Position numbers and translations under genes: made by a program. A DNA stretch of 64,000 nt. It comes from Armatimonadota bacterium (GTDB lineage: Bacteria; Armatimonadota; SYMT01). The stretch is taken from NCBI GenBank assembly GCA_041690135.1, contig JAWLHY010000018.1:106683-170682 (forward strand), read 5' to 3'. This document shows, piece after piece, positions 17,722 through 27,473 of the stretch. The first letter of the stretch is position 1. Every line of letters begins with the position of its first letter. The notes beneath the pieces were generated by a model that saw only the letters and a list, made by a program, of their open reading frames with translations, had not been told where the DNA came from and made no database searches.

Positions 17722-20334
17722 TTATCTGCCCCGTCCACTCAGGTTGATGTTCAAGACCCTCTTTCGCGGATCCGTGCTGGTGATTGCCAGCTTGCCGGAG
17801 AACCGACCCTTGGCAGGCGGAGTGAAGCTCACTTCAATCTCCCGCGTCTCGCCGGGGGCCAGGGGAAACTCTGGTCGCGTCGCAGGGCCGACAAAGGGTG
17901 CCGGCGTCCAGCCGACCAGCGCGGCGATGAACTCGCGTCCGGTATTTTTGATCCGTAGCTTCCGGGTCACCGGTGGTGATCCGAGCTTCACGTTGCCGAA
18001 GTTCAACGTCCTCGGCGTGACTACCAGTCTTCCTCCGGGCGGAACATAGGCGCTCGTGATTTTTGCGACGAACGCATCCGTGATCTCGGCGATGGGCGTT
18101 CGCCGGTTGGATTTTCGGGCTGCCTGCGCCTGGATGGCGTTGGCGGTCTCGAAGTTCTTGAGGAAGACATCCCCGGTCAGGTACATATTGCCGAGTGCGT
18201 CGACAGCGATGGCCTGTGCGGACGCGAGGATGAACGAAGTCGAGACGATCTCCGTTCCGGTCGGATTGAGCCGCGCCACGAAGGTCCCCCGCGCGAAGTT
18301 GGGAGGCATCTCGGTGCGGATAGGGTAGGTCCGATCCGTGTCGCCCACCACGTACACATGTCCGTCCGCCCGCAGGCCGATATCCACCCCCAGGTTCGCC
18401 GCGATGAAGGTGGTGTAAACCAGGCTACTCCCCTCCGGGTTCAGTTTCACCACGCAGGCGTAACGCTGGCCGGTGCCGAAAGACGTGTGATTCTCAATGG
18501 CGCGGGGGAAGTCCTTGGATGAGATGTAGCCGGTGATGTAGGCGTTTCCCTGCGGATCGACCGCGATGCCCTTTCCGAAGTCGGTGCTGCTTCCCCCGAG
18601 GTAAGTGGAATAGACCAGTTCCCCCGCGCGACTTACTTTGCTGACGAAGAAGTCGTTGAAGCCACCGCCGAAAAGTGGCTGAACGGCATTGAGTACCGGG
18701 AAGTTGTTACTGTCTTTCGTGGGGACGTAGGTGGTACCCACGATGTAGACGTCTCCCGCACCGTCTACGGCCATGCCGGCGGGTTCGTCGATTCCGTTGT
18801 TTCCGCCCAGGTAGCTGGAATAGGCCAGAGCCGTGCCGGCGGCATTGAAGCGGGCCACGAACACATCTCCGCGTCCCCCATCTCCCGAATCCTGGAACGG
18901 GTTGACCAGCGGGAAGAAGAAGTCGTCGAAAGTGATGCCGCACACGGTGGCTTCTCCCTGGTTGGACACGGTGATGCAGCGCCCACCGTCCGGTTCCGGA
19001 GCTCCGAGGTAGGTGGAGAAGATCAATCCGGAGCCTTCGGGATTGAGTTTGGTGACGAACGCGTCCGGAGCATCTTGTGAATCCTTGCCGGTGCTTCGCA
19101 CGGGTTGGACGGCATTCAATACCGGAAAATCATCCGAGTTGGTAGCGCCCGTCAGATAGGCGTGGCCGCTCCCATCCACCGCAATGTCGTAACCCGCTTC
19201 GCCCCGGCTGCCGCCGAGATAGGTGGCGTAGACCAGTTGGGAGCCGTCCGGGCTGATCTTGGCCACGAACAGGTCGCCGTGGTAATCCACCCCGTCCGGT
19301 CCGGCGTAGTTGGACTGAAATGCCCCAGGTGTCACGGGAAAGTCGGCCGAGGTCGTGGTTCCCATGACGTAGGCGCAGCCGTCGGCATCGGCGGCGATGG
19401 AGCTCAGGCGGATATCAGCGTCGACGAAGTTCTCCGAGCGCGACCCGCCCAGGTACGTGGAATAGACGATCACGGGATCGATGACCAGCGGCCGCGAGCG
19501 ATCGTAATCGGCCAACCGGAAGCCGACCTCCGGAGCCGCCGCACCCTCAACCGGGAGGAGTGTGTACTCACCCATGACCGGAATGCGCTTGCCCCCGCGC
19601 TCCTGGTAGATGGTTGGCCGCGGCTTCCGGATCTCGCCGCTCGCGGTGCGCAACACCAGTGCGCCTTGAGCATCGATCTCCAGGGGCGGAGTGCCATTCG
19701 TTCCCAGGAGGCCGTCGAAGGCCAGGCGGATCACCGAGGGATCCGCCCCGGGATGGACGATGAAGTCGTACTCCAGCAACCCCTCGCGCCCGTAGTAGTC
19801 CAGGTCGATGCCGGCGTAGATGGCCGTGTAGTGGGCGCGCCCGTAGGTGGGCACTTCCCGCTTCCATCTCCGGGGATCCCGACCCATCAGGTAGTTCACC
19901 CGGCCCAGACCCGGATCGATGAGCTCGCCCCGGGCATCGGGATTGGCGCCTACCAGGCGCATTCTCACCGTGGTCGCGGTGGCGGCTCGGCCCTTCCTCT
20001 GGAAGTCCCGCATGACTTTGGGCGAATTACCGCCGTTCTGGTCGTCTTCCCGTCGCTCATTGCGAAGACGCAGCACCGCCGCGTCCGGTTGGAGCAGGAG
20101 TGTGTATCCCCGTCCGCGCGAGAGGAAGTCCACCTCCGGTACGGCCTGCCCCAGGTTCGGTTCGAAGTGGGCCGATAGCCGCGCCTCATAACCCGGAGTT
20201 TCGGGGCTGTCCGGGTCGGAGGGACTGGCAGCGGAATTGCAGACGCCGAGCCCAGCGACCAGGCTCAGGGTGAGACACGCAAGGAGGGGGCGGTTGAAGA
20301 TCATAAGGACGGTAGGTAGTAGGTGGGTGCTCAC
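17722..20334 (-). CDS. Secreted SBBP beta-propeller repeat protein with a C-terminal Ig-like (ASH/choice-of-anchor D-like) domain
   Basis: FEPNLGQ, LEYDFIVHPGADP, LVIDPV and repeated YSTYLGG...IAVDxxGxAY.TG.T.SxDFP. C-terminal LNFGNV...LAPGETREIEVSFTP. Confidence 0.88.
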   Translation of the reverse strand: MSTHLLPTVLMIFNRPLLACLTLSLVAGLGVCNSAASPSDPDSPETPGYEARLSAHFEPNLGQAVPEVDFLSRGRGYTLLLQPDAAVLRLRNERREDDQNGGNSPKVMRDFQRKGRAATATTVRMRLVGANPDARGELIDPGLGRVNYLMGRDPRRWKREVPTYGRAHYTAIYAGIDLDYYGREGLLEYDFIVHPGADPSVIRLAFDGLLGTNGTPPLEIDAQGALVLRTASGEIRKPRPTIYQERGGKRIPVMGEYTLLPVEGAAAPEVGFRLADYDRSRPLVIDPVIVYSTYLGGSRSENFVDADIRLSSIAADADGCAYVMGTTTSADFPVTPGAFQSNYAGPDGVDYHGDLFVAKISPDGSQLVYATYLGGSRGEAGYDIAVDGSGHAYLTGATNSDDFPVLNAVQPVRSTGKDSQDAPDAFVTKLNPEGSGLIFSTYLGAPEPDGGRCITVSNQGEATVCGITFDDFFFPLVNPFQDSGDGGRGDVFVARFNAAGTALAYSSYLGGNNGIDEPAGMAVDGAGDVYIVGTTYVPTKDSNNFPVLNAVQPLFGGGFNDFFVSKVSRAGELVYSTYLGGSSTDFGKGIAVDPQGNAYITGYISSKDFPRAIENHTSFGTGQRYACVVKLNPEGSSLVYTTFIAANLGVDIGLRADGHVYVVGDTDRTYPIRTEMPPNFARGTFVARLNPTGTEIVSTSFILASAQAIAVDALGNMYLTGDVFLKNFETANAIQAQAARKSNRRTPIAEITDAFVAKITSAYVPPGGRLVVTPRTLNFGNVKLGSPPVTRKLRIKNTGREFIAALVGWTPAPFVGPATRPEFPLAPGETREIEVSFTPPAKGRFSGKLAITSTDPRKRVLNINLSGRGR

Positions 20335-20460
20335 TGCGGAAAGTGCGGTGGCGACACCGATCCGACTCGCGCCGTGGGCGGGTAGTTTCGCCTACCTGCC
20401 AGAAGGGTAAGGGCGAGTAGGCGCCAGTTCGTTGGGACCAACCCAAAGGAGGGAAAGCCG

Positions 20461-21237
20461 ATGCGATCCAGTCGAGCAGTGGCTACGGCCGCCATCGCAG
20501 CCACCGTGCTGCCTTTGTGTGCAATGGTCGGTCTCCAGGGGGCGAAAGCGCAAGGCAGGCAGGGGTCTACCACCCCCAATGCCGCCGCGGCCGAGGTGAT
20601 GCGCGTGTACCAGGGGGTCTCCGACCGCGGCAGCATCCAGGAAGCCCTGGACAACGCCGTGGGCTCCGCACTCAATTCACTCCCGGGCGCGGATCGGATG
20701 GTCCGTTACCGGGTGCGGGAGATCACGGGCGAACAGGGCGGAATCGCCGGCATAAACCGGGTGCGGGTCTCCATCGAAACACTCGATGCCGAGCCGATCC
20801 GCAGCCCACGGAACTCCGGCCAGGCGCCGGTCGAAAACCTGCCAGGGGCGCTGACCTCCGAGTTGACGCTCCGCCCAAACCGCGTGCGCCAGGGCCAGAC
20901 GGCGACCTTCGAGCTAACCGTGCGGAACCGGTCGGACCAGCCCGCCCGCATTACCTTTCCCACCGGCCAGCAGTTTGATTTCGAGGTCTGGAGGGACAAC
21001 CGGAGGGTGTGGCGGTGGAGCCAGGACCAGGCTTTCACCCAGGCAACCAGTGCGCTCGCCCTCCGACCAGGCCAGGCGATCACTTTCACCGGCCGCTGGA
21101 ATCTGCGGAACGACCTGGGAGAGCGGGTCATCCCCGGCCGCTATGAGGTGCGCGGCTTCCTGGCTTCCGGAACCGACGGACGGAATATCGGCAAGCTGGT
21201 GGGAGATACCGAGCCACTAACCGTGACGCAGCGGTAA
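20461..21237 (+). CDS. Secreted protein with a C-terminal BsuPI-like (intracellular proteinase inhibitor) domain
   Basis: FPTGQQFDFEVWRDNRRVWRWSQDQAFTQA...LRPGQ...W...PGRYEV. Signal peptide and AAGGAGG RBS. Confidence 0.75.
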   Translation: MRSSRAVATAAIAATVLPLCAMVGLQGAKAQGRQGSTTPNAAAAEVMRVYQGVSDRGSIQEALDNAVGSALNSLPGADRMVRYRVREITGEQGGIAGINRVRVSIETLDAEPIRSPRNSGQAPVENLPGALTSELTLRPNRVRQGQTATFELTVRNRSDQPARITFPTGQQFDFEVWRDNRRVWRWSQDQAFTQATSALALRPGQAITFTGRWNLRNDLGERVIPGRYEVRGFLASGTDGRNIGKLVGDTEPLTVTQR

Positions 21238-21246
21238 ACACGCGGC

Positions 21247-23121
21247 TCAAGATCCGGCCGCCAGCCATACCGCCATTCCACCGGGCTCGCGATTCCCCCA
21301 CGCGTAATAAGGCACCGCGGTGAAGTCGATCTCTCGCGACGGAGCCGGGGGCACCGGCCTCTCTCGATACAGGCCGGTGCCCCACTGCTCGCTGGTGCAC
21401 CGGACGAGCGCGCCTCCCCGGAGGGCAATCACGCCACCAAGCAGGTCGGGATTCCAGTCCGCGCGCAGCTCGGACCCGTCGGTCAGCACGACGTCCCGCG
21501 GATCGACCCCCAGGTCAACCTGCTCCGCACAGTAGATGAGCGGTCCCCATGCCAGGGCGATCCGGCCCGCGTTAGCAGTGACGTGGGGATGCGCGGCAAT
21601 CCGGCGCACGCGCATCGGCAGGGTGAGCCTCACCGTATCTCCCGCCCGCCAGTGGCGCCGGATCTCGGCATAGGTGCCGGGCTCGCAGGGTCCGTCGAGG
21701 GCCTGCCCGTTGATCGAAATCTCAGCTCCCCCACCCCATTCGGGAATCCGCAGGAACAGCGCAAATTCCCCGGACTGTTCCGGATGCACTTCCACCTCGA
21801 CTTCCCTGCTCCAGGGATAGTTCGTCCGTTGAACCAGCCGCGCACCCGCACCGGCCGGAAGGTGCAGATCCGCGGAGCCCGTCGCATACTGGTGCACCCA
21901 TGCGCCTTCGATGGAAGTGGAGTAGAAGTAGGCAGGGAGGGAAGCGAGCAGACGGGCGATGTTGGGAGGACAGCAGGCGCAATCGAACCAGGGGCGTCGC
22001 CGGTGTTGGCCGTCATCGGCGAGCGGGTTCTGGTAGAAGTACTGGTTCCCCTCCAGGGAGAGACCGGGCAGCACCGCATTGTAGAGGGTCCGCTCGATGA
22101 GGTCGGCGAACCGCGCTTCTCCGCGCAATTGCAGCATCCGCCAATTCCACATTACGCTGCCGATGGCGGCGCAAGACTCCGCATAGGCGCGGTCGTTGGG
22201 AAGTTCGTAATCGCCGCCAAACGCTTCCCCTTCGTAGCGAGCTCCCATGCCGCCGGTCACGTACATCCGCCGCTGCGTCATGTTGGCCCACAGGCGCTCC
22301 AGGGCGGCGAGATACTCCGGGTCGCCGGTCTCCGCATACACGTCCGCGGCCCCGCAGCAGTAGTACATCATGCGCACCGCATGCCCAACCACCGCGTCGA
22401 GAGAGCGGAAGGGGGCGTGATCCTGGTGGTACGGCCGGCCGCCGATCACGGGCGGCTGCAGACCGCGCATCTCGATGAACCGCCGCGCCTGGTCCAGGTA
22501 ACGCGCTTCTCCCGTCTCCCGATACAACTCCACGAGGGCCATCTCGATCTCCTGGTGCCCGCAGGTGCCCGGTCGTCCCTCCGGCCCGAACGTCCGGCAG
22601 ATGAGGTCGGCGAAACGGCGGGCGACGGACAGCAGGAGGGGATTGCCCGTGCAGCGGTGGTGCGCCACGGCGGCCTGGATCAGGTGGCCCGCACAGTACA
22701 GTTCGTGGAGGTCGCGCAAGTTCGACCAGCGCTCCTCCTCCCGCTCGAACATGAAGTGGGTGTTGAGATAGCCGTCCGCCTGCTGGGCGTCCGCAATTTC
22801 AGCGATGACGAGATCCACCAGCCGTTCGAGCTCCGGGTCCGGGCTCTCGGCCAGGGAGAAGGCCACGGCCTCCACCCACTTGTACACGTCCGAGTCGTTG
22901 TAGTAGCGCCCCTGGAACGGGAGCCGGTTCTTCCCCGCGGCCCGGCGGAAGTTGTTGATGCGTCCGGTCTCCTCACACTGCCGGTACTGGGAGGGCAGCG
23001 TCACCGCGCGGTTGACCCTCCGCCGCGGCTCCCAGAAGGCGTCCGCCAGCCGTACCGACGAAAGCGGCACCGGCCGGAGCCGGGCGTGGGGGCTGCGAGA
23101 GGTATCCACCATTGTCGCCAT
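21247..23121 (-). CDS. Glycoside hydrolase family 127 (beta-L-arabinofuranosidase-like)
   Basis: DSDVYKWVEA, HELYCAGHL, GHQEIEMAL, GHAVRMMY, YAESCAAIG, CACCPPN and VPYYAWGNR. Confidence 0.93.
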   Translation of the reverse strand: MATMVDTSRSPHARLRPVPLSSVRLADAFWEPRRRVNRAVTLPSQYRQCEETGRINNFRRAAGKNRLPFQGRYYNDSDVYKWVEAVAFSLAESPDPELERLVDLVIAEIADAQQADGYLNTHFMFEREEERWSNLRDLHELYCAGHLIQAAVAHHRCTGNPLLLSVARRFADLICRTFGPEGRPGTCGHQEIEMALVELYRETGEARYLDQARRFIEMRGLQPPVIGGRPYHQDHAPFRSLDAVVGHAVRMMYYCCGAADVYAETGDPEYLAALERLWANMTQRRMYVTGGMGARYEGEAFGGDYELPNDRAYAESCAAIGSVMWNWRMLQLRGEARFADLIERTLYNAVLPGLSLEGNQYFYQNPLADDGQHRRRPWFDCACCPPNIARLLASLPAYFYSTSIEGAWVHQYATGSADLHLPAGAGARLVQRTNYPWSREVEVEVHPEQSGEFALFLRIPEWGGGAEISINGQALDGPCEPGTYAEIRRHWRAGDTVRLTLPMRVRRIAAHPHVTANAGRIALAWGPLIYCAEQVDLGVDPRDVVLTDGSELRADWNPDLLGGVIALRGGALVRCTSEQWGTGLYRERPVPPAPSREIDFTAVPYYAWGNREPGGMAVWLAAGS

Positions 23122-23322
23122 CGCAAGTTCCTTCGAGGGGGTCCGAGGAAGATCATCATCGCGGGAGAGTTCTCTACCAGTCAATGGCGATTCCTCGCAA
23201 CTCGGACGCGGGGGTCCGATCGTCTTTGGCGGGGATACGCGGACGCGGGTATCATTTCAATAGCCGGTATGGGCAGCAAGGGGTGGGCCCTGGCACCAGA
23301 GGCCGGTAGAGATAGGTTCATC

Positions 23323-23976
23323 ATGCGCGTGCTGTCTCCACCGCCCCCGCGGGAGGAAGTCGTTTACCCCGAAAGTGACGGTAATCCGATCGCGGACAAC
23401 ACTCGCCAGTTCGAATGGATCTCCACCATCAAGGGAGGCATCGATGCCCTGTACCGGGACCGCCCGGACGTCTTCGTTGCCGGAGATCTGCTCTGGTATC
23501 CGGTGGAGGGTGAGCCGCGCATCCGAACGGCGCCGGACGTGTTGGTGGTCTTCGGCCGACCCAAGGGGCACCGCGGCTCTTACATCCAGCATCTGGAAGG
23601 CGGAGTCGCTCCGCAAGTTGTCTTTGAAGTGCTCTCGCCGGGAAACACCATCCACGAATTGATCGATAAAACCCTCTTCTACGAGCGCTACGGCGTGGAA
23701 GAATACTACGTCTACGATCCGGACCGTGGCGAACTCTCGGGTTGGCGCAGAGAAGGTGGAAAGTTACAACCGATAGCGGAGATGAATGGCTGGGTGAGCC
23801 CTCGCCTGGGTGTCCGATTTGGGCTGACGGATCACGAGCTTGTGCTCACCGGTCCCGATGGGACTTCCTTCGCTTCCTATGTCGAATTAGCCCGTCAACG
23901 GGACGAGGAACGCGCTCGTGCCGCCCGGCTCGCAGCGCGGCTGCGGGAGCTGGGCGTCGATCCGGATCAACTCTGA
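23323..23976 (+). CDS. Uma2 (DUF820) family endonuclease-like protein
   Basis: YPESDGNPIADNT, FVAGDLLWYPVEG, APDV, FEVLSPGN, YGVEEYYVYDP and a tail LRELGVDP. It is the 3' part of the 21583-23976 ORF. Confidence 0.9.
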   Translation: MRVLSPPPPREEVVYPESDGNPIADNTRQFEWISTIKGGIDALYRDRPDVFVAGDLLWYPVEGEPRIRTAPDVLVVFGRPKGHRGSYIQHLEGGVAPQVVFEVLSPGNTIHELIDKTLFYERYGVEEYYVYDPDRGELSGWRREGGKLQPIAEMNGWVSPRLGVRFGLTDHELVLTGPDGTSFASYVELARQRDEERARAARLAARLRELGVDPDQL

Positions 23977-23979
23977 CCG

Positions 23980-24435
23980 TCATCTGCACGCTGCACCATC
24001 CGGAAGTTGACCGGCCCGGATGAGATAGGTGACCCACAGGCTCACCCGCCAGGCCGCCACCACGGCGAGAAACGCGAGATTCAGCCAGGTCGCGGTCGAC
24101 ATCGAGACCCAGCGCTCCACCGGAAGGGCGTAGAGGATGGCCGGCGGCGCGGTCAGGCAGACGGCCGTCAGCACCTGGAAGTAGCTCCACTTTGCGGGCC
24201 GGAGCGGCAGCGTTACCAGCCAGAGCACCAGCGCCAGCACGAACACGTAGGCGACGGACCCCACCCCCAGCATCTGCAGCGGCCCGGCCATTGGGTCGTC
24301 CCACCAGCGCCCGATGCCCGCGGCCCAGGTCCAGAGCAGCCCGGCGGCCAGGTGACCCCAGCCCAGGTTTTGGAGTTCCTTCGGAGAGGCCCGGAAGGTG
24401 AGAAATCTCCAGTGGAACGCGAGGATCTCTTTCAC
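23980..24435 (-). CDS. Hypothetical membrane protein
   Basis: GTG start. TWAAGIGRWWDDP and PPAILYALPVER, with four TM segments. Confidence 0.7.
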   Translation of the reverse strand: MKEILAFHWRFLTFRASPKELQNLGWGHLAAGLLWTWAAGIGRWWDDPMAGPLQMLGVGSVAYVFVLALVLWLVTLPLRPAKWSYFQVLTAVCLTAPPAILYALPVERWVSMSTATWLNLAFLAVVAAWRVSLWVTYLIRAGQLPDGAACR

Positions 24436-24769
24436 AGGGGGCCTTTCCCGATCTCCGGGGAGCGCACGACGAAGATTCGCCTGGATGTCTTTTCTCGGAC
24501 AGTTCCGTCCCAACCTCCCGGGCGCAAATCCGTGTGTTCCGGGCCGAACTTCCCCCACTTGGCTCCCGGAACTTGCGTGGCAAGTGATCCACGCGATCGG
24601 GATCCTCGTGCGACATCGCGAGCAGAACATTCGAAGGCCGGACACTGGCAGCATTCACCGATCTACTCCCGGAGCCACGGTAGAAGCAGGTTCGGGGGAA
24701 TGTTAGCGTCTCCAGGGATTGGTGCTATCATTCACGCAGGGAAATGACAGGTACACTTCACCTCATACC

Positions 24770-25216
24770 ATGATGGAACCGGAACGGCCTTTCGACGCGA
24801 CATCCGAAGCCCGATGTGAGCTTGAGTGGTTGGTGGGAGCGCTTCGTGATTCCGAGATCGTCTGTATTACGCGCTCGATCTGTACCATGATAGGCGGCTG
24901 TAGTCTTGGGCCGGAGGTCATCGTGGGTAGCTTTCCGGACGCGGCGGAGTTTTCCGCACATTCACATCTGTACCGGCCCTTCGAAGTGGCGGGCCGCACC
25001 GTCTTCATCAGCCAGGACCTCATCGAGGCACTCAATGGCAAAGTGCTTCGGCTGGTCAAACGTCGTTGGTCAAAGGACCTGAACACCCGTGTTGCCAAAC
25101 GGATTTGTCGCGTCCTCTGGTACGAGGAGGCAGATCACGGGCAACAAGAGGCCGCGAATGCTTGGACCGTTCCCCGGAATGGACCCGTTCCTGGAGGCGC
25201 CGAACCTATGGGATAG
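24770..25216 (+). CDS. Possible hypothetical protein
   Basis: ORF only. It overlaps the start of the DUF4058 gene by about 60 nt. Confidence 0.3.
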   Translation: MMEPERPFDATSEARCELEWLVGALRDSEIVCITRSICTMIGGCSLGPEVIVGSFPDAAEFSAHSHLYRPFEVAGRTVFISQDLIEALNGKVLRLVKRRWSKDLNTRVAKRICRVLWYEEADHGQQEAANAWTVPRNGPVPGGAEPMG

Positions 25217-25814
25217 TGTCCACCCGGATCTCCTCTTTGCGATCACCGAGGATCTGCAACCTCAGATCGTACCGCGTTTCGTGGCTGCCAAGGTTCATTC
25301 TGGACCGCCAGAGGTGCTTCCCCAGCACCGCTACGTAGCGATTCGCGATGCCCGCACGCACGAAGTGGTGACCGTCATCGAGGTGCTGAGCCCCTGGAAC
25401 AAGCGAGAGCCGGGTCGTAGGGAATACCGGGAGAAGCAGGGGCACTATCTACTCAGTCGCGCCAACCTGGTGGAGATCGATCTCTTGCGCGGTGGGCGGC
25501 CGACGGTGGCTGTCCCGGAAGCGTACTTACCGCCGTCGGACTACGGGGTGTGTATCCACCGGTCTCGGGCGAGCGATCCGGAGTCCGCCTCGGAACGGTT
25601 TGAGCTCATCCGCTTTGGGATCCGCGATGTGCTTCCGGACGTGGGCATCCCTCTACGCGAGGGAGAGCCGGATGCCACGCTCCACCTGGGTGCGGTTTGG
25701 GAGCGGATCTATGCTGCAGGCGGCTACGCCTACCAGGTCAACTACACCCCGCCGCCTCCCCCGGTACTGACGGAAGACGATGCCGCGTGGGTGAAGGCGC
25801 GGATTCCCACATAA
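25158..25814 (+). CDS. DUF4058 family protein (PD-(D/E)XK-like)
   Basis: PFPGMDPFLE, VVTVIEVLSPWNK, YREKQ, NLVEIDLLRGG and IPLREGEPD. Confidence 0.85.
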   Translation: MLGPFPGMDPFLEAPNLWDSVHPDLLFAITEDLQPQIVPRFVAAKVHSGPPEVLPQHRYVAIRDARTHEVVTVIEVLSPWNKREPGRREYREKQGHYLLSRANLVEIDLLRGGRPTVAVPEAYLPPSDYGVCIHRSRASDPESASERFELIRFGIRDVLPDVGIPLREGEPDATLHLGAVWERIYAAGGYAYQVNYTPPPPPVLTEDDAAWVKARIPT

Positions 25815-25815
25815 G

Positions 25816-25848
25816 AACACCCGCGGGAGTTGCTCTCCCGCGGGTGTT
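25816..25848. terminator. Terminator-like hairpin between convergent genes
   Basis: 14-bp perfect stem AACACCCGCGGGAG / CTCCCGCGGGTGTT with a 5-nt loop. Confidence 0.75.
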
Positions 25849-25906
25849 GCAGTAGCTGGTAGTTTCCGACGCGGCACCCTGGCTAGGGGCCGGTAGGTTC
25901 AGCGCT

Positions 25907-26851
25907 CTAGCCGTGGGCAGCTTTCGCCTCGAGCCAGCGCTCTGCGTCGATGGCGGCCATGCAGCCGAGGCCGGCGGCGGTGACGGCCTGCCGGTAGACA
26001 GCGTCCGCGATGTCGCCCGCAGCGAAAACTCCCTCGATGTTGGTGTAGGTTGTGCCGGGTTTCACCTTCAGATAACCCCGCTCGTCCATATCGAGGATGC
26101 CCTGGAAGAGGTCGCTGTTCGGCTTGTGACCGATGGCCACGAAGACCCCATCGGTGGTCTGCTCCCACTTGCGGTCATCGACCGTGCTGCGGAGGCGCAC
26201 GCCGGTCACCTTCCCTTCTTCCATGCCGAGGATCTCGTCGATGGTGGTGTTGAGCAGGAACTTGATCTTCGGGTTATTCTTCGCGCGGTCCAGCATGATC
26301 TTGGACGCGCGGAAACCTTCCCGCCGGTGTACCACGGTTACCGTGCGGCACATGCGGGTGAGGTAGTTGGCCTCTTCCATCGCCGTGTCGCCGCCGCCGA
26401 CGACCAGCACGTCCTTGTCGCGGAAAAAGAATCCGTCACAGGTGGCGCATGCGGAGACGCCGCGCCCACCCAAACCGTCCGGCCAGGGGAGCTCGGTCTT
26501 GATGCCCAACCACTTTGCGGAGGCGCCCGTGGCGACGATCACCGTTTTGCTCTCGATGGTCTCGTCTTCCGTGTGGAGCTTGAACGGCCAGCCATTGAGC
26601 TCGACCTTGGTGACGTTCCCCCACACGAAACGGGTTCCGAAGCGCTCCGCCTGCTTGCGGAATTGCTCCATCACTTCCGGCCCCTGGATGCCTTCAGGAA
26701 AGCCGGGGTAGTTCTCCACCTCGGTGGTGATCATCAACTGACCGCCCGGCTGGAGCCCGTCGATGACGACCGGATTCAGGTTCGCGCGTGCGGCGTAGAT
26801 CGCGGCGGTAAGCCCTGCCGGCCCGGAGCCAATGATTGTAACGTTCTCCAT
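25907..26851 (-). CDS. trxB: Thioredoxin-disulfide reductase
   Basis: IIGSGPAGLTAAIY, CATCDG redox motif, VVGGGDTAMEEA, GVFAAGD and YRQAVTAAG. Confidence 0.97.
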   Translation of the reverse strand: MENVTIIGSGPAGLTAAIYAARANLNPVVIDGLQPGGQLMITTEVENYPGFPEGIQGPEVMEQFRKQAERFGTRFVWGNVTKVELNGWPFKLHTEDETIESKTVIVATGASAKWLGIKTELPWPDGLGGRGVSACATCDGFFFRDKDVLVVGGGDTAMEEANYLTRMCRTVTVVHRREGFRASKIMLDRAKNNPKIKFLLNTTIDEILGMEEGKVTGVRLRSTVDDRKWEQTTDGVFVAIGHKPNSDLFQGILDMDERGYLKVKPGTTYTNIEGVFAAGDIADAVYRQAVTAAGLGCMAAIDAERWLEAKAAHG

Positions 26852-27025
26852 GCCACCCCCAAGTAACAACCTGCGACACGGCCGCAGAGGAGCAGGGCAA
26901 GGCCTTCCCCGCGACCTCTCGTATCTTATCTCTCCCCCTTTTCCCCCGACAAGGCGTGCGGCATTCCCTTGTCGCCGGGCCGCTTAACGCGGGAGAATGG
27001 AAGTAGTAAATGAGATGGAGAGGCT

Positions 27026-27472
27026 ATGGTCAAGATTTCGGTGATTCACGGGCCCAACCTGAACCTGCTGGGCCTACGCGAGCCGGAGGTCTACGGCGCG
27101 CTCAACCTGGAGCAAATCAACCAGCGCATCGAAGAGTTCGCCCGGAAGGAGGGCCTCGAGGTGCGCATCACCCAGTCGAACTCGGAAGGAACGATCATTG
27201 ATACGATCCACGACGCGCTCCACTGGGCGGATGCCATCGTGATCAACCCGGGGGCTTATACGCACACGTCGGTCGCCATCCGGGACGCGATCGCCGGCGT
27301 GCGCCTTCCTACCATTGAGGTGCATCTCTCCAACGTGCACCGCCGGGAAGAGTTCCGACACCACTCATACGTCAGTCCGGTGGCGGTGGGGCAAATAGTA
27401 GGATTCGGGCTGCACAGCTATCTGCTGGGCTTGCAGGCCGCCAAGCAGATCGTAGAGGAGAACCGACGCTGA
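27026..27472 (+). CDS. aroQ: Type II 3-dehydroquinate dehydratase
   Basis: [33 protein letters not shown] and [17 protein letters not shown]. Confidence 0.97.
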   Translation: MVKISVIHGPNLNLLGLREPEVYGALNLEQINQRIEEFARKEGLEVRITQSNSEGTIIDTIHDALHWADAIVINPGAYTHTSVAIRDAIAGVRLPTIEVHLSNVHRREEFRHHSYVSPVAVGQIVGFGLHSYLLGLQAAKQIVEENRR

Positions 27473-27473
27473 G

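Noticed and set aside
17722-20334. Internal DNA repeats in the SBBP gene
   Set aside because: Explained by ordinary beta-propeller protein repeats.
21583-23322. Apparent 797-aa fusion upstream of the Uma2 domain
   Set aside because: The first ~580 codons are mostly antisense to the GH127 gene. The real gene starts near ATG 23323.
23323-25814. Defence island (Uma2 plus DUF4058 nucleases)
   Set aside because: Both families are common dispersed paralogues. There is no methylase, helicase or other defence gene nearby.
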